Source of the DNA: an uncultured delta proteobacterium
GTDB lineage: Bacteria; Desulfobacterota; Desulfobacteria; Desulfobacterales; UBA2156
NCBI GenBank assembly: GCA_963736855.1
Contig: CAVTQK010000021.1
Coordinates: 1-64,000 of the forward strand
Direction: 5' to 3'
Length of the DNA: 64,000 bases
A program made the position numbers and the translations under genes. Shown here in pieces: positions 1 through 9,209 of the stretch; position 1 is the first letter of the stretch; the number at the start of each line of letters is the position of its first letter. The notes below the pieces were generated by a model, which ran no database searches, had not been told where the DNA came from, and saw only the letters and a list, made by a program, of their open reading frames with translations.

Positions 1-290
1 TCCCGTCGATATCCCGCGCCTCGAGTCCCAGATCAGGGATTAGGGCAAAATTATTCGACCATGCGGCCAAACGCTTTTCCCCGGTCACCTCCATGGCATG
101 ATCGCAGATGTTACAGATGCCGGCGTGGGTGCATCCGCTGATCACAATCATGCCTTCGGGAGTGCTCATCGTCAGGTCGGCATCGTCTTCGAGAAAATCG
201 GGTAACCGGCGACCTTCTTCCATGAAGATGATCTCGTCGGCCACTTGCCGGGCCAAAATAAAGCGGATTAGTTGGAGAAGACCTCGGTGT
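1..290 (-). pseudogene. Fragment of an MBL-fold metallo-hydrolase, apparently chimeric; runs off the left edge
   Basis: Manual translation gives ...ARQVADEIIFMEEGRRLPDFLEDDADLTMSTPEGMIVISGCTHAGICNICDHAMEVTGEKRL... The DD...GCxHxG segment parallels the C-terminal half of ORF 24221..25057; no proper N-terminus. Confidence 0.5.
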
Positions 291-477
291 TGACCAGTGC
301 GCAACTCACCCGGATCGCGTCATCACGCGCCGCTCAGGTGAAACCGCGATATTGAGAAATGATGAGGTCCAGATACATGAGGGAGTTAATATATAGATAA
401 CAAAATTGAGTCAAATAGATAATATCAATATAAAATTCAATTCAAATAGAAAGGCTCAATTTTTCAGAGATGAAATG

Positions 478-496
478 CTATTGATTATATCAATAG
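478..496. promoter_or_regulatory. Palindromic operator candidate CTATTGAT-tat-ATCAATAG (LysR-type T-N11-A core)
   Basis: Perfect 8-bp inverted repeat in the AT-rich region about 100 bp upstream of the pstS-like start. Confidence 0.5.
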
Positions 497-593
497 AACA
501 GATTGTAATAATTCAAACTATCTATTGGACAGTTCAAAGAGGGAAAGATTATAGACTAAAAAATATTATAATGGATTCGGGAGGGAAATTATT

Positions 594-1431
594 ATGAAAA
601 AACAGTTTGTTATTATGATGGTGACAGGTTTTATGGGGTGCATGTTCTGGACACAGGGCATGGTTTTGGCGGGTTCACTGGATGCCTTCAAGAATGAAAA
701 GGGGACTATTAAAGTGGCGGGAGGGACCGCCCATATCCCGGTCATGAAAGAAGCGGCCAAGCAGATCATGACAGTCAATCCCGACATTCAGATCACCATA
801 GCCGGAGGCGGATCCGGAGTGGGTATCAAGCAAGTCGGGGAAGGCCTGGTGGATATCGGGAATTCAGGACGTAAGCCGACCGACGAAGAGGTCGCCAAAT
901 ACGGATTGAAACCGGTTCAATGGGCCATCGACGGGGTAGCGATCGTGGTCAACCCCAAGAAACATGGTCAGAAAGCTTACCGGCATCCAGGTTAAAGACA
1001 TTTTTGCAGGAAGGATCGACAACTGGAAGCAGGTCGGAGGAGAGGATCACGCGGTTTCCCTTTATACGCGTGATGAGGCAAGCGGCACCCGGGAGGTGTT
1101 TTGGGAAAAAGGACTCGGCAAAGGAGAAATTTCATCGAAGGCCCACGTCGTCATTTCCAATGGGGCGATGAAGACGGCCGTGGCTCAGGATCCTTATGCC
1201 GTCGGATATGTATCCGTCGGTCACATGGATCCGTCGGTTGCAGCGGTGTCTTTTGATGGGGTGGAGCCGACACTGGAAACGGTCAAATCCGGGAAATACC
1301 CGATCGCGCGGGGTCTTTACAGCATGACCAAAGGGGAGCCTCAGGGATTGGCCAAAAAACTGATCGAGTTCCTTTTTTCTCCTGAGGGTCAAAAGATCAT
1401 ATCGGAAAATGGATTCATCCCGGTGAAATGA
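594..1431 (+). CDS. pstS: PstS-family ABC substrate-binding protein, split by a +1 frameshift near 960
   Basis: Signal peptide; GGGSGVGI, IDGVAIVVNP, RDEASGTRE and YPIARGLY motifs across ORFs 594..995 and 964..1431. Confidence 0.8.
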
Positions 1432-2281
1432 GCCCGACGAGGGAGTACTTATACGAAAAGGGTTTTCTTTTTTCCGCGATCCTGAGCGGATCCGTCGTTT
1501 TTTTGATTTTCGCATTCATGCTCATCATGGGGCTTCCTTTGTTTAAGGGAAGTCAGGTCATCTGCCCTTGTCATGAGCGATTGGCTTCCTGCCCAGAGGG
1601 GTTTACGGGATTTATCCGATGATTGTCGCAACCCTTGCCATCTCCTTTTTCAGCCTTGCCCTGGCCTTTCCCTTGAGCCTGGGATGCGCCTTTTTTTCAG
1701 GGTCCATCGCGCCTCCCCGGATAGCGCGAGCTTTTCGAAAAATGATCCAGATCATGACAGGGATTCCGACCGTGGTCTATGGATTTGTCGGAATTTTTTT
1801 ACTCGTGCCGATCGTTCGGGAATGGACCCCCAGCACTTCAGGGTTATGTATTTTCAGTGCTTCCCTGATGCTCTGTATTCTGATCTCGCCAACCCTGATT
1901 CTTTTTTTCACGGACAGCTTGGAAGCCGTCCCGAAATCGTTTCTTGATGCTGCCGATGCACTCGGGGCGACCCGGGTGCAAAAATTGCTGTACGTGATGG
2001 TTCCTCAGGCAAAAAAGGGTATTTTTGCGGGGCTCATCCTTGCCCTGGGTCGGGCACTCGGGGATACGATGGTGGCTTTGATGATTGCCGGAAATGCGGC
2101 CCGGGTTCCGGAATCCCTTTTTGACGCCGCCCGGACCCTTACTGCCCATATCGCACTGGTCATTGCCGCGGAGTATGAAAGCTCCGAGTTCAGGTCCATT
2201 TTCGCCTGTGGATTGGTGCTGTATTCATTTATTGCCCTTATGGTCCTTAGCGTGCGATGGATCGGGATGGCGAAGCGATGA
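1428..2281 (+). CDS. pstC: PstC-like permease with two +1 frameshifts (about 1563 and 1597)
   Basis: GIPTVVYG, ALGATR and GRALGDTM motifs; N-terminal part reads through three successive frames. Confidence 0.8.
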
Positions 2282-2285
2282 TTCT

Positions 2286-3164
2286 ATGAAGATGCTGGAT
2301 CGTTTTGTTGTCGCTTTTTCCTGGATCAGCGCGGTGATTCTTGTGGGGGTCGTATGCACCATTTTCGGTCACATCATCCTGAACGGCGCCGGGACAATAA
2401 AACCGTCTCTGATTTTCGGGGATGTGGCTCCCCTGGATGCTCTGCTTTTGAAGCGGCAGGTTCTCAATGGTCTTTTCCCTGCGATCATCGGAACCCTCCT
2501 TCTGGTCATCATATCGGTGATGTGGGCAGTTCCCTTGGGGCTTGGCACCGGTATTTATCTTTCGGAATATGCAGGAGCGATACAGAAGAAGATCTTTAAC
2601 CTATTTTTCGACATCCTCGCCGGTATTCCATCCATTGTAATCGGGTTGTTCGGATTTGCCCTGGCCATATTTCTCCATAAAAACGTCTCAAATAATATCG
2701 GGCCCTGCCTTCTCATTTCCAGCATGGCCTTGGCCTTTCTGGTTCTGCCATACATCATCCGAACCACACAGGTGGCTCTCGAAGAACTACCCAGGGAGAT
2801 GCGTCTTACCGCATTGGCGCTCGGCGCGACGAGACTGCAAAATATCCGTCATGTACTTTTACCCAGAGCACTTTCCGGTATTACCACGGGGGTGATTCTT
2901 GCCATCGGCCGATGCGCAGAGGACACGGCGGTGATTTTGCTCACCGGTGTCGTAGCGATGGCAGGAATACCGCACTCCTTGATGGGATCTTATGAAGCCC
3001 TTCCTTTCTATATCTATTATATTTCTTCCCAATATACGAGCCCCGAGGAACTGCTTACCGGTTACGGCGCATCCCTCATCTTGTTGGTACTCTGTCTTGG
3101 GCTTTTTTCCACCGCGTTCGTGATTCAAAAACGCCTGACCTACGTTACCCTTTATCGCGCATGA
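2286..3164 (+). CDS. pstA: PstA-like permease
   Basis: GLFPAIIGT, LAGIPSIVIGLFG, ALGAT and GRCAEDTA motifs. Confidence 0.85.
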   Translation: MKMLDRFVVAFSWISAVILVGVVCTIFGHIILNGAGTIKPSLIFGDVAPLDALLLKRQVLNGLFPAIIGTLLLVIISVMWAVPLGLGTGIYLSEYAGAIQKKIFNLFFDILAGIPSIVIGLFGFALAIFLHKNVSNNIGPCLLISSMALAFLVLPYIIRTTQVALEELPREMRLTALALGATRLQNIRHVLLPRALSGITTGVILAIGRCAEDTAVILLTGVVAMAGIPHSLMGSYEALPFYIYYISSQYTSPEELLTGYGASLILLVLCLGLFSTAFVIQKRLTYVTLYRA

Positions 3165-3871
3165 ACCCCGTATCCCACGAAAATACCAAGATCCGAGTCA
3201 CGGATCTATCCTTTTTCTACCGAGAGCGTGAGGTTTTAAAAAAGGTTAATGCCGGATTTGCGGAATCCAAAATCACGGCCCTCATCGGACCCTCCGGAGC
3301 GGGTAAGTCCACGTTTCTGATTACACTCAATCGTCTTTGGGAGTCGATACCTGAAGCGAGAATGACCGGTAAAGTGGAAATCAAGTTCAGCGGCATGTAT
3401 CGGAATATCTATGACAAATCCTTTCCCGTACCCACGCTTCGTCGGCGGGTCGGAATGGTTTTTCAGACTCCGAACCCTTTGCCCATGAGTATTTACAGGA
3501 ATATCGCTTTTCCTCTCAAACTCGCCGGAGAAAAAGACCGGAGAATCATCAGTCAGAAAGTCGAAGAGGCGCTTGACCGGGCGTATCTTTGGGAGGAGGT
3601 CAAGGACCGTCTCAATGAAGATGCCCTCAATCTGTCCGGAGGGCAACAACAACGTCTTTGTATCGCACGGGCTTTGGTGATGGAGCCGGAAGTCCTCCTG
3701 TTGGATGAGCCCACATCTTCCCTGGATGATTCCGCCGGCAGAGTGATCGAAGATCTGATCTTAAGTCTCAAGGAAAAATTGACCATCCTGGTCGTTTCCC
3801 ACTATCTGGAACAAGTGAAAAGGCTTGCGGATAAGAGCATCCGTTTTTCGGAAGGATCGGTTATAAATTGA
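3161..3871 (+). CDS. pstB: PstB-like ABC ATPase
   Basis: Walker A GPSGAGKST, GMVFQTPNP, LSGGQQQRLCIARAL, LLLDEPT. Confidence 0.9.
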   Translation: MNPVSHENTKIRVTDLSFFYREREVLKKVNAGFAESKITALIGPSGAGKSTFLITLNRLWESIPEARMTGKVEIKFSGMYRNIYDKSFPVPTLRRRVGMVFQTPNPLPMSIYRNIAFPLKLAGEKDRRIISQKVEEALDRAYLWEEVKDRLNEDALNLSGGQQQRLCIARALVMEPEVLLLDEPTSSLDDSAGRVIEDLILSLKEKLTILVVSHYLEQVKRLADKSIRFSEGSVIN

Positions 3872-3990
3872 TGGCTTCGTAAAAAGCTTTTGCAAGCGAG
3901 ATTGGAGCATTTTCGGAAAAAGAGATGCGAACGGCTGAGCGTTAATAAATTAGAGAAAAACCAACTCCTGAATCGTTTCCAAAAAAAGTA

Positions 3991-4020
3991 TTGACAGGCC
4001 GTTTCATAAGGAGATAGAAG
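3991..4020 (+). promoter_or_regulatory. Sigma70-like promoter candidate for the Ni/Co operon
   Basis: TTGACA at 3991 after an A-tract; weak -10 (TAGAAG) at 18-bp spacing. Confidence 0.4.
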
Positions 4021-4081
4021 TCCAATAATTTGCATTTGGAAAATGCACGCATTTCCGATTTAAAGATTATTTTCTCTAAAA

Positions 4082-4141
4082 TCAATTGAAGCCACGAAGG
4101 CCTTGAGGTTGGATGCCCAACCGGGAAGTCGTGGTTTTTTT
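4082..4141 (+). promoter_or_regulatory. Attenuator-like RNA element, copy 1
   Basis: TCAATTGAAGCCACGAAGGC...TCGTGG followed by 7 T; outer stem plus inner GGTTGG/CCAACC hairpin. Confidence 0.7.
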
Positions 4142-4193
4142 GTCAAATAATGGGGGTCGAAACCCCGACATACTTATAATCACTGAATCGTTT

Positions 4194-4254
4194 TCAATCG
4201 AGGCCACGAAGGCGCTCCGTGTCAGGAAGACGCGGCACTTCGTGGTTTTTTTTT
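4194..4254 (+). promoter_or_regulatory. Attenuator-like RNA element, copy 2
   Basis: TCAATCGAGGCCACGAAGGC...CTTCGTGG followed by 9 T, directly before the RBS and ATG at 4271. Confidence 0.7.
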
Positions 4255-4270
4255 GGAAAGGAGAGAGAAA

Positions 4271-5041
4271 ATGCGAAATTTTTGGAAAATGGGCATGGTG
4301 TTACTGGCTGCTTGGGTTTTGGCATCTCCTGCCGCAGCACATTTTGGAATGATCATCCCATCGGATTCCATGATCATGCAGGAGGACAATCGAACGGTCA
4401 ATCTGAAGCTTTCCTTTTCCCATCCCTTCGAAGGGGCGGGCATGGAACTGGTAAAGCCTAAACAGTGCTTCGTGGTGGTCAATAAAAAAAAGGAGGATCT
4501 TTCCGGATCCCTCAAACCCACCCAGGTCATGAAACATGCGGCATGGGAAATCAATTTTCCCGTAAAACGCCCCGGCATTTATGCGTTTTATATGGAGCCG
4601 GTGCCTTACTGGGAGCCTGCAGAAGATTGTTTTATCATTCACCACACCAAGACGGTCATCGCCGCCTTCGGAGAAGATGAGGGGTGGGATGAAGAATTGG
4701 GGCTCAAGACCGAGATTGTCCCCCTTTCCAAGCCGTACGGTTTGTATGCCGGAAATGTTTTCCAGGGGATCGTCAAACTGGACGGCAAGCCGGTGCCGTA
4801 CGCAAAAGTGGAGGTGGAATTTTATAACGCCGATCAGAAAGCCAAGGCCCCGACGGAATATATGGTTGCCCAGACTTTAAAAGCGGATTCCAACGGCGTC
4901 TTCACCTATGCCGCCCCAAAAGCAGGATGGTGGGGATTTGCCGCATTGAACAATGCCGATTTCAAACTCAAACACGAAGGCAAGGAAAAGGATGTGGAAT
5001 TAGGTGCGGTGATCTGGATCAAGTTCGAGTCCTGGAAATAA
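4271..5041 (+). CDS. DUF4198 periplasmic protein associated with Ni/Co uptake
   Basis: Signal peptide ending AAA|HFGMIIP; PYWEPAEDCFIIH, EIVPLSKPYGL and GWWGFAAL motifs; context. Confidence 0.85.
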   Translation: MRNFWKMGMVLLAAWVLASPAAAHFGMIIPSDSMIMQEDNRTVNLKLSFSHPFEGAGMELVKPKQCFVVVNKKKEDLSGSLKPTQVMKHAAWEINFPVKRPGIYAFYMEPVPYWEPAEDCFIIHHTKTVIAAFGEDEGWDEELGLKTEIVPLSKPYGLYAGNVFQGIVKLDGKPVPYAKVEVEFYNADQKAKAPTEYMVAQTLKADSNGVFTYAAPKAGWWGFAALNNADFKLKHEGKEKDVELGAVIWIKFESWK

Positions 5042-5093
5042 AGACACAAGGTACGAGCAGTCGATTGAAGAATCCAAAAACAGGAGGTAACTT

Positions 5094-6161
5094 GTGAAAA
5101 AGATAGTCCCCATGCTGGGGTGTTTCTTTTTGATCGGTGTATTGGCGGTTTTTCCTTGCTTCGGACAGGAAAAAACCTTGGAAACCCAAACGGAACAGGA
5201 TAGATGGTATGATCGCTTTGAGTTCAGCGGATTGATCGAAGTGGAAGCAGGGTATGGAACCGTTGACTTCAATGATCCGGATGCGGAAACAGAGGAAACC
5301 AGCGATCTGGATTTGGCCACAGTCGAACTGAATGTGGATGTGAAAATCGTCGATCATGTAAAGGGGCATGTCCTGTTTAAGTATGAAGAAGAGGATCTCT
5401 TTGTGGACGAAGGCTATATTTTATTTACCGGAAGCGAGAATAGACCGTTTTATGTCGTGGCCGGAAAACAATATATCCCTTTTGGTTGCTTCGACAGCCA
5501 TTTCATTTCCGACCCCGTAACCCTGGTCTTGGGAGAAACCAACGAAGGGGCGCTGGTCGGTGGTTATCTATTCGGAGGGGAACGGGTCGATGCCTCGCTG
5601 GGCATATTCAACGGCCGGGTGAATGAAATCGATTCCGACGATGAGATTGATCATTTTGTCGCATCCGTCAAAGTAAAGCCCTTTGAGAACCTGGAATTGG
5701 GGGTTTCTTATGTTTCAAACCTTGCAAGTTCGGATGCATTCTCCGAACAGGTGACCCGCGAAGAGGGCATTTCAAGCTACGTGAGCGGATGGGGCGCATT
5801 TGCATCCTTTTCTTTTTTAGACCGCTTTCGATTGATTGCGGAATACATCGGCGCACTGGATGAGTTCGAAGCCGGCGAAGTTTACAATTCTGCGGATACG
5901 GTGTCACGAAAGCCTGCAGCATGGAATGTCGAACTCGGGGTGACCCTCACCGATACACTGGAAGTCGCCCTCAAGTATGAAGGTTCTACCGACGGCGATG
6001 CAGGAGGGGGTGAGTTTCTGCCGGAGGCCCGGTATGGAGCCGTTATCAATTGGACATTTTTGGAAAAAACCACCTTGGCCCTGGAATATCTGCACGGAGA
6101 GTATGCTGAGGATTTCCAGACGACTGAAACGGTAACTGTGCAACTGGCCGTGGAGTTTTAG
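5094..6161 (+). CDS. Outer-membrane beta-barrel porin, LbtU-like
   Basis: Signal peptide; FSGLIEVEA, LATVEL, GKQYIPFG and SHFISDP motifs; C-terminal QLAVEF (Bam signal). Confidence 0.75.
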   Translation: MKKIVPMLGCFFLIGVLAVFPCFGQEKTLETQTEQDRWYDRFEFSGLIEVEAGYGTVDFNDPDAETEETSDLDLATVELNVDVKIVDHVKGHVLFKYEEEDLFVDEGYILFTGSENRPFYVVAGKQYIPFGCFDSHFISDPVTLVLGETNEGALVGGYLFGGERVDASLGIFNGRVNEIDSDDEIDHFVASVKVKPFENLELGVSYVSNLASSDAFSEQVTREEGISSYVSGWGAFASFSFLDRFRLIAEYIGALDEFEAGEVYNSADTVSRKPAAWNVELGVTLTDTLEVALKYEGSTDGDAGGGEFLPEARYGAVINWTFLEKTTLALEYLHGEYAEDFQTTETVTVQLAVEF

Positions 6162-6183
6162 TTTTTTTATCGATCAATTTCAA

Positions 6184-6240
6184 GTCCTCTGCCCCGATCC
6201 TTGCTGTTCATCTTAAGGGCGAAGGAAGGGGCAGGGGACT
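6184..6240 (+). terminator. GC-rich stem-loop after the porin gene
   Basis: GTCCTCTGCCCC...GGGGCAGGGGAC inverted repeat; no strong U-tract. Confidence 0.4.
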
Positions 6241-6410
6241 TAAAGACGCCAGGAGTGATTGAAAAGAATTCTTGATTTCAGATTGTGCTATCCCTAAAAA
6301 TCGGAACTTCTGAAGGGTTTCCAATATGGTAATTCAGAAAAAGTTTGATTCGGTATTCGAAACGCGCAACATAGATTATAAATTCTAGTCGGATGAGGTA
6401 ACGGAACGTT

Positions 6411-7025
6411 ATGCATATCTCTGAAGGAATCCTATCCGGATCGGTTTTGGCCTCCGGAGCCGCCCTGGCGGCTGTGGGAACCGGTATCGGACTCAAACGA
6501 CTCCACGCAGACCGGATTGCATGGGCCGGGATCTTGTCCGCCTGCTTTTTTGTGGCTTCCCTGATCCACGTACCCATCGGTCCTTCGAGCATCCATCTGA
6601 TATTCAATGGTGTACTAGGTTTGCTTCTGGGATGGGTCGCATTTCCGGCCATACTCGTGGCGCTGATCCTGCAGGCCGTATTTTTTCAATTCGGTGGAAT
6701 CACCACCCTGGGAGTGAATACCGTTTTAATGGCTTTACCGGCGGTAATTTGTTATTTTCTGTTCAAAAACTTCATGGACAAAAGCCCGGCTTGGGCTCTT
6801 CCCGCTGCTTTTGCAGCGGGGGCGCTTTCCGTGTTTTTAAGCGGCATCATCGTCGGTCTTGCCCTGATGATGACCGAGGAAAAATTCTTTGAAGTGACGG
6901 CCCTTGTGATCGGGGCCCATATTCCGGTAATGATCATCGAAGGAATCGTCACCTGCTTTCTGGTGGCGTTTTTAAAAAGGGTGCAGCCCGACCTGTTGCC
7001 GGGACGGCACGAAGCTTCCGAGTGA
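6411..7025 (+). CDS. cbiM: ECF Co/Ni transporter S-component, CbiM/NikM
   Basis: N-terminal MHISEG metal-binding motif; SIHL, FGGITTLG and IIEG. Confidence 0.92.
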   Translation: MHISEGILSGSVLASGAALAAVGTGIGLKRLHADRIAWAGILSACFFVASLIHVPIGPSSIHLIFNGVLGLLLGWVAFPAILVALILQAVFFQFGGITTLGVNTVLMALPAVICYFLFKNFMDKSPAWALPAAFAAGALSVFLSGIIVGLALMMTEEKFFEVTALVIGAHIPVMIIEGIVTCFLVAFLKRVQPDLLPGRHEASE

Positions 7026-7669
7026 TCGGTGTTGCCGCCATGCGAGACAAAGGAAATAGAATCCCCATGAAAATACTTTGCCCGATGCACTGGATTCTTA
7101 TTTTGCCCCTTGTCCTGTTTTCGGCTTCGGCCGCCTATGCCCATCGTGTCACCGTTTTTGCATGGGTGGAAGGGGATCGTGTGCACACTGAAAGCAAATT
7201 CAGCGGCGGTAAATCGGTTGCGGGTGGACAGATTATTGTTTATGATGACCGCTCTAAAGAAAAGCTTTTGGAAGGAACAACCGATGACCAGGGGGGGTTC
7301 ACATTTACAATACCCCGGAAGGTGCGATTGCGTATCGAATTGGTCGCGGGGATGGGACATAAAAATGAATGGATAGTCAAAGAGGAGGAGTTCGGGTTGA
7401 TACCTAAAGGCGATCCGGTTCCCGCGGGTTCTATTCCAGGGGAATCGGCTGCGATTGAAAAAGCACCGCCGGTTTTGGAAATTGAAGGGGTGGTGGAAAA
7501 GATTTTGGACAAAAAATTGGAGCCGGTGATGAAACTGCTGGTGCAGTCCCAGCAAAAAGAGACAACCATCTACGACGTGATGGCGGGAATCGGTTACATC
7601 TTCGGTCTTGTCGGCGTCGGCGCCTATTTTTATTCCAGAAAAAGAAACGATAAATCCGCCGATCATTGA
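7022..7669 (+). CDS. NikL/CbiL-like accessory membrane component; start uncertain
   Basis: Signal peptide AYA|HRVTVFAWVEG, GMGH motif and C-terminal TM (GIGYIFGLVG); lies between cbiM and cbiQ. Confidence 0.7.
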   Translation: MIGVAAMRDKGNRIPMKILCPMHWILILPLVLFSASAAYAHRVTVFAWVEGDRVHTESKFSGGKSVAGGQIIVYDDRSKEKLLEGTTDDQGGFTFTIPRKVRLRIELVAGMGHKNEWIVKEEEFGLIPKGDPVPAGSIPGESAAIEKAPPVLEIEGVVEKILDKKLEPVMKLLVQSQQKETTIYDVMAGIGYIFGLVGVGAYFYSRKRNDKSADH

Positions 7670-8430
7670 TGCGGGAAGAATTTGCCATCGGCGATTCCAG
7701 CCTTCACAGACTGGATCCGCGCCTGAAGATTGTTGCTGGAAGCGCCTTAAGCATTGTGGTCGCTGTTTCTACCCGATTCAGCACACTGGGAGTTGCTATG
7801 GGATTGGCGTTGATCCTCTTAGCCTTTGCCCGTTTACCATACGGCGCCATAGCGCGGCACCTTGTCATGGTGAATGGATTCGTAATCCTTTTTTGGATCA
7901 TCTTGCCCGTTAGCGTGCCCGGAACACCCTGGATGCATATCGGGCCCATCCCTTTAATGCGCGAAGGGCTGGAGCTTGCGGCCCGGCTGACAATAAAATC
8001 CAATGCCATCGTGTTGGCGTTTATCGCCTTGGTTTCCACTTCATCGGTGGTAAGCCTGGGGGGGGGCATGAACCGAGTCCGTCTGCCCGATAAACTCGTT
8101 CATCTGCTTCTTTTGACGTACCGATATCTTTTTGTCATTCAGGAAGAATACGAAAGGCTGAAAAGAGCTGCTGTGGTTCGTGGGTTTATGCCAAAGACGA
8201 ATCTGCACACGTATCGGACGTATGCCTACCTCGTGGCGATCATGTTCATCCGCGCCGCGGCAAGGGCCAACCGGGTCCAGCAGGCCATGCTCTGCCGTGG
8301 ATTTCAGGGAAGATTCTATTCGCTGCAGGAATATGTATTTACACCAAAGGATTGGATGTGGGCAGCGGGGCTCGGTCTGGCAGTGGCGATCATCGGAATC
8401 ATCGAATGGATGCCGGGACCATGGTCATAG
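7666..8430 (+). CDS. cbiQ: ECF T-component CbiQ
   Basis: LHRLDPRLK, TYRYLFV and AMLCRGF motifs. Confidence 0.9.
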   Translation: MMREEFAIGDSSLHRLDPRLKIVAGSALSIVVAVSTRFSTLGVAMGLALILLAFARLPYGAIARHLVMVNGFVILFWIILPVSVPGTPWMHIGPIPLMREGLELAARLTIKSNAIVLAFIALVSTSSVVSLGGGMNRVRLPDKLVHLLLLTYRYLFVIQEEYERLKRAAVVRGFMPKTNLHTYRTYAYLVAIMFIRAAARANRVQQAMLCRGFQGRFYSLQEYVFTPKDWMWAAGLGLAVAIIGIIEWMPGPWS

Positions 8431-9149
8431 AACTGGAAGATATCTGTTTTGCCTACCCCCGCCGGGAGCCGGTTTTGAAGGAGGTCTCTTTCAGGCTTCA
8501 ACCTGGGGAAAAAATCGGTCTCATCGGTCCCAACGGCAGCGGGAAATCGACCCTGTTGCACATCATCATGGGGCTTCTCCAGCCTTCTTCAGGAACAGTC
8601 CGCCTGTTCGGCAGGCAGGTCAGAACTGAAAAGGAATTCCGGGAGGTCAGGACCCGGATCGGGCTTTTATTTCAAAATGCCGATGATCAGCTCTTCAGCC
8701 CTACGGTTCTGGAAGATGTTGCTTTCGGTCTTCTGAACATGGGTATAAAGCCGTCACAAGCCAAACGAGATGCAATCAAAACCCTCGAGGAATTGCACCT
8801 GGAACATATTGCGGACCGGGTGACTCACCATCTTTCCGGAGGGGAAAAAAAACTGGTGGCGCTGGCAACTGTCTTGGTGATGAAGCCCGAGATACTCCTT
8901 CTGGATGAACCGACCACGGGATTGGATGAGGCAACGGATCAACGGATCATCGAAATCCTGAACGGCATTGAGGCGGGCTATGTCATCGTATCTCATGAAT
9001 ACGATTTTTTGGCTCTGACGACACGCACGGTATACTCCTTCAGAGACGGGAAAATCGTCAACAACGGCGATTCCTCTTTGCTTCATAGCCATTACCACAC
9101 ACATCCTGCGGGTATCGTTCAACATTCCCACGCTCGATCTCTGAAATAA
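8421..9149 (+). CDS. cbiO: ECF ATPase CbiO with a His-rich tail
   Basis: GPNGSGKST, FQNADDQLF, LSGGEKK and LLLDEPT. Confidence 0.9.
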   Translation: MVIELEDICFAYPRREPVLKEVSFRLQPGEKIGLIGPNGSGKSTLLHIIMGLLQPSSGTVRLFGRQVRTEKEFREVRTRIGLLFQNADDQLFSPTVLEDVAFGLLNMGIKPSQAKRDAIKTLEELHLEHIADRVTHHLSGGEKKLVALATVLVMKPEILLLDEPTTGLDEATDQRIIEILNGIEAGYVIVSHEYDFLALTTRTVYSFRDGKIVNNGDSSLLHSHYHTHPAGIVQHSHARSLK

Positions 9150-9209
9150 CTGAGGATCGTGCAGCATAAAAGCTCTTAAAGCAAAGAAATTTAGAATGGC
9201 GTAAGCCCT

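Noticed and set aside
481..493. FNR box
   Set aside because: The spacer between TTGAT and ATCAA is 3 nt, not the required 4
4082..4254. Mini CRISPR array
   Set aside because: Only two 20-nt units 112 nt apart, each tied to a terminator, and no cas genes nearby
4020..4270. Cobalamin or NiCo (czcD) riboswitch, or a NikR box, upstream of the Ni/Co operon
   Set aside because: No B12 box, NiCo core or full NikR inverted repeat was recognisable by eye; an Rfam scan is still needed
6752..7666. Long antisense or shadow ORFs (also 38695..39831 and 47418..48371)
   Set aside because: They overlap well-supported genes and show no recognisable motifs
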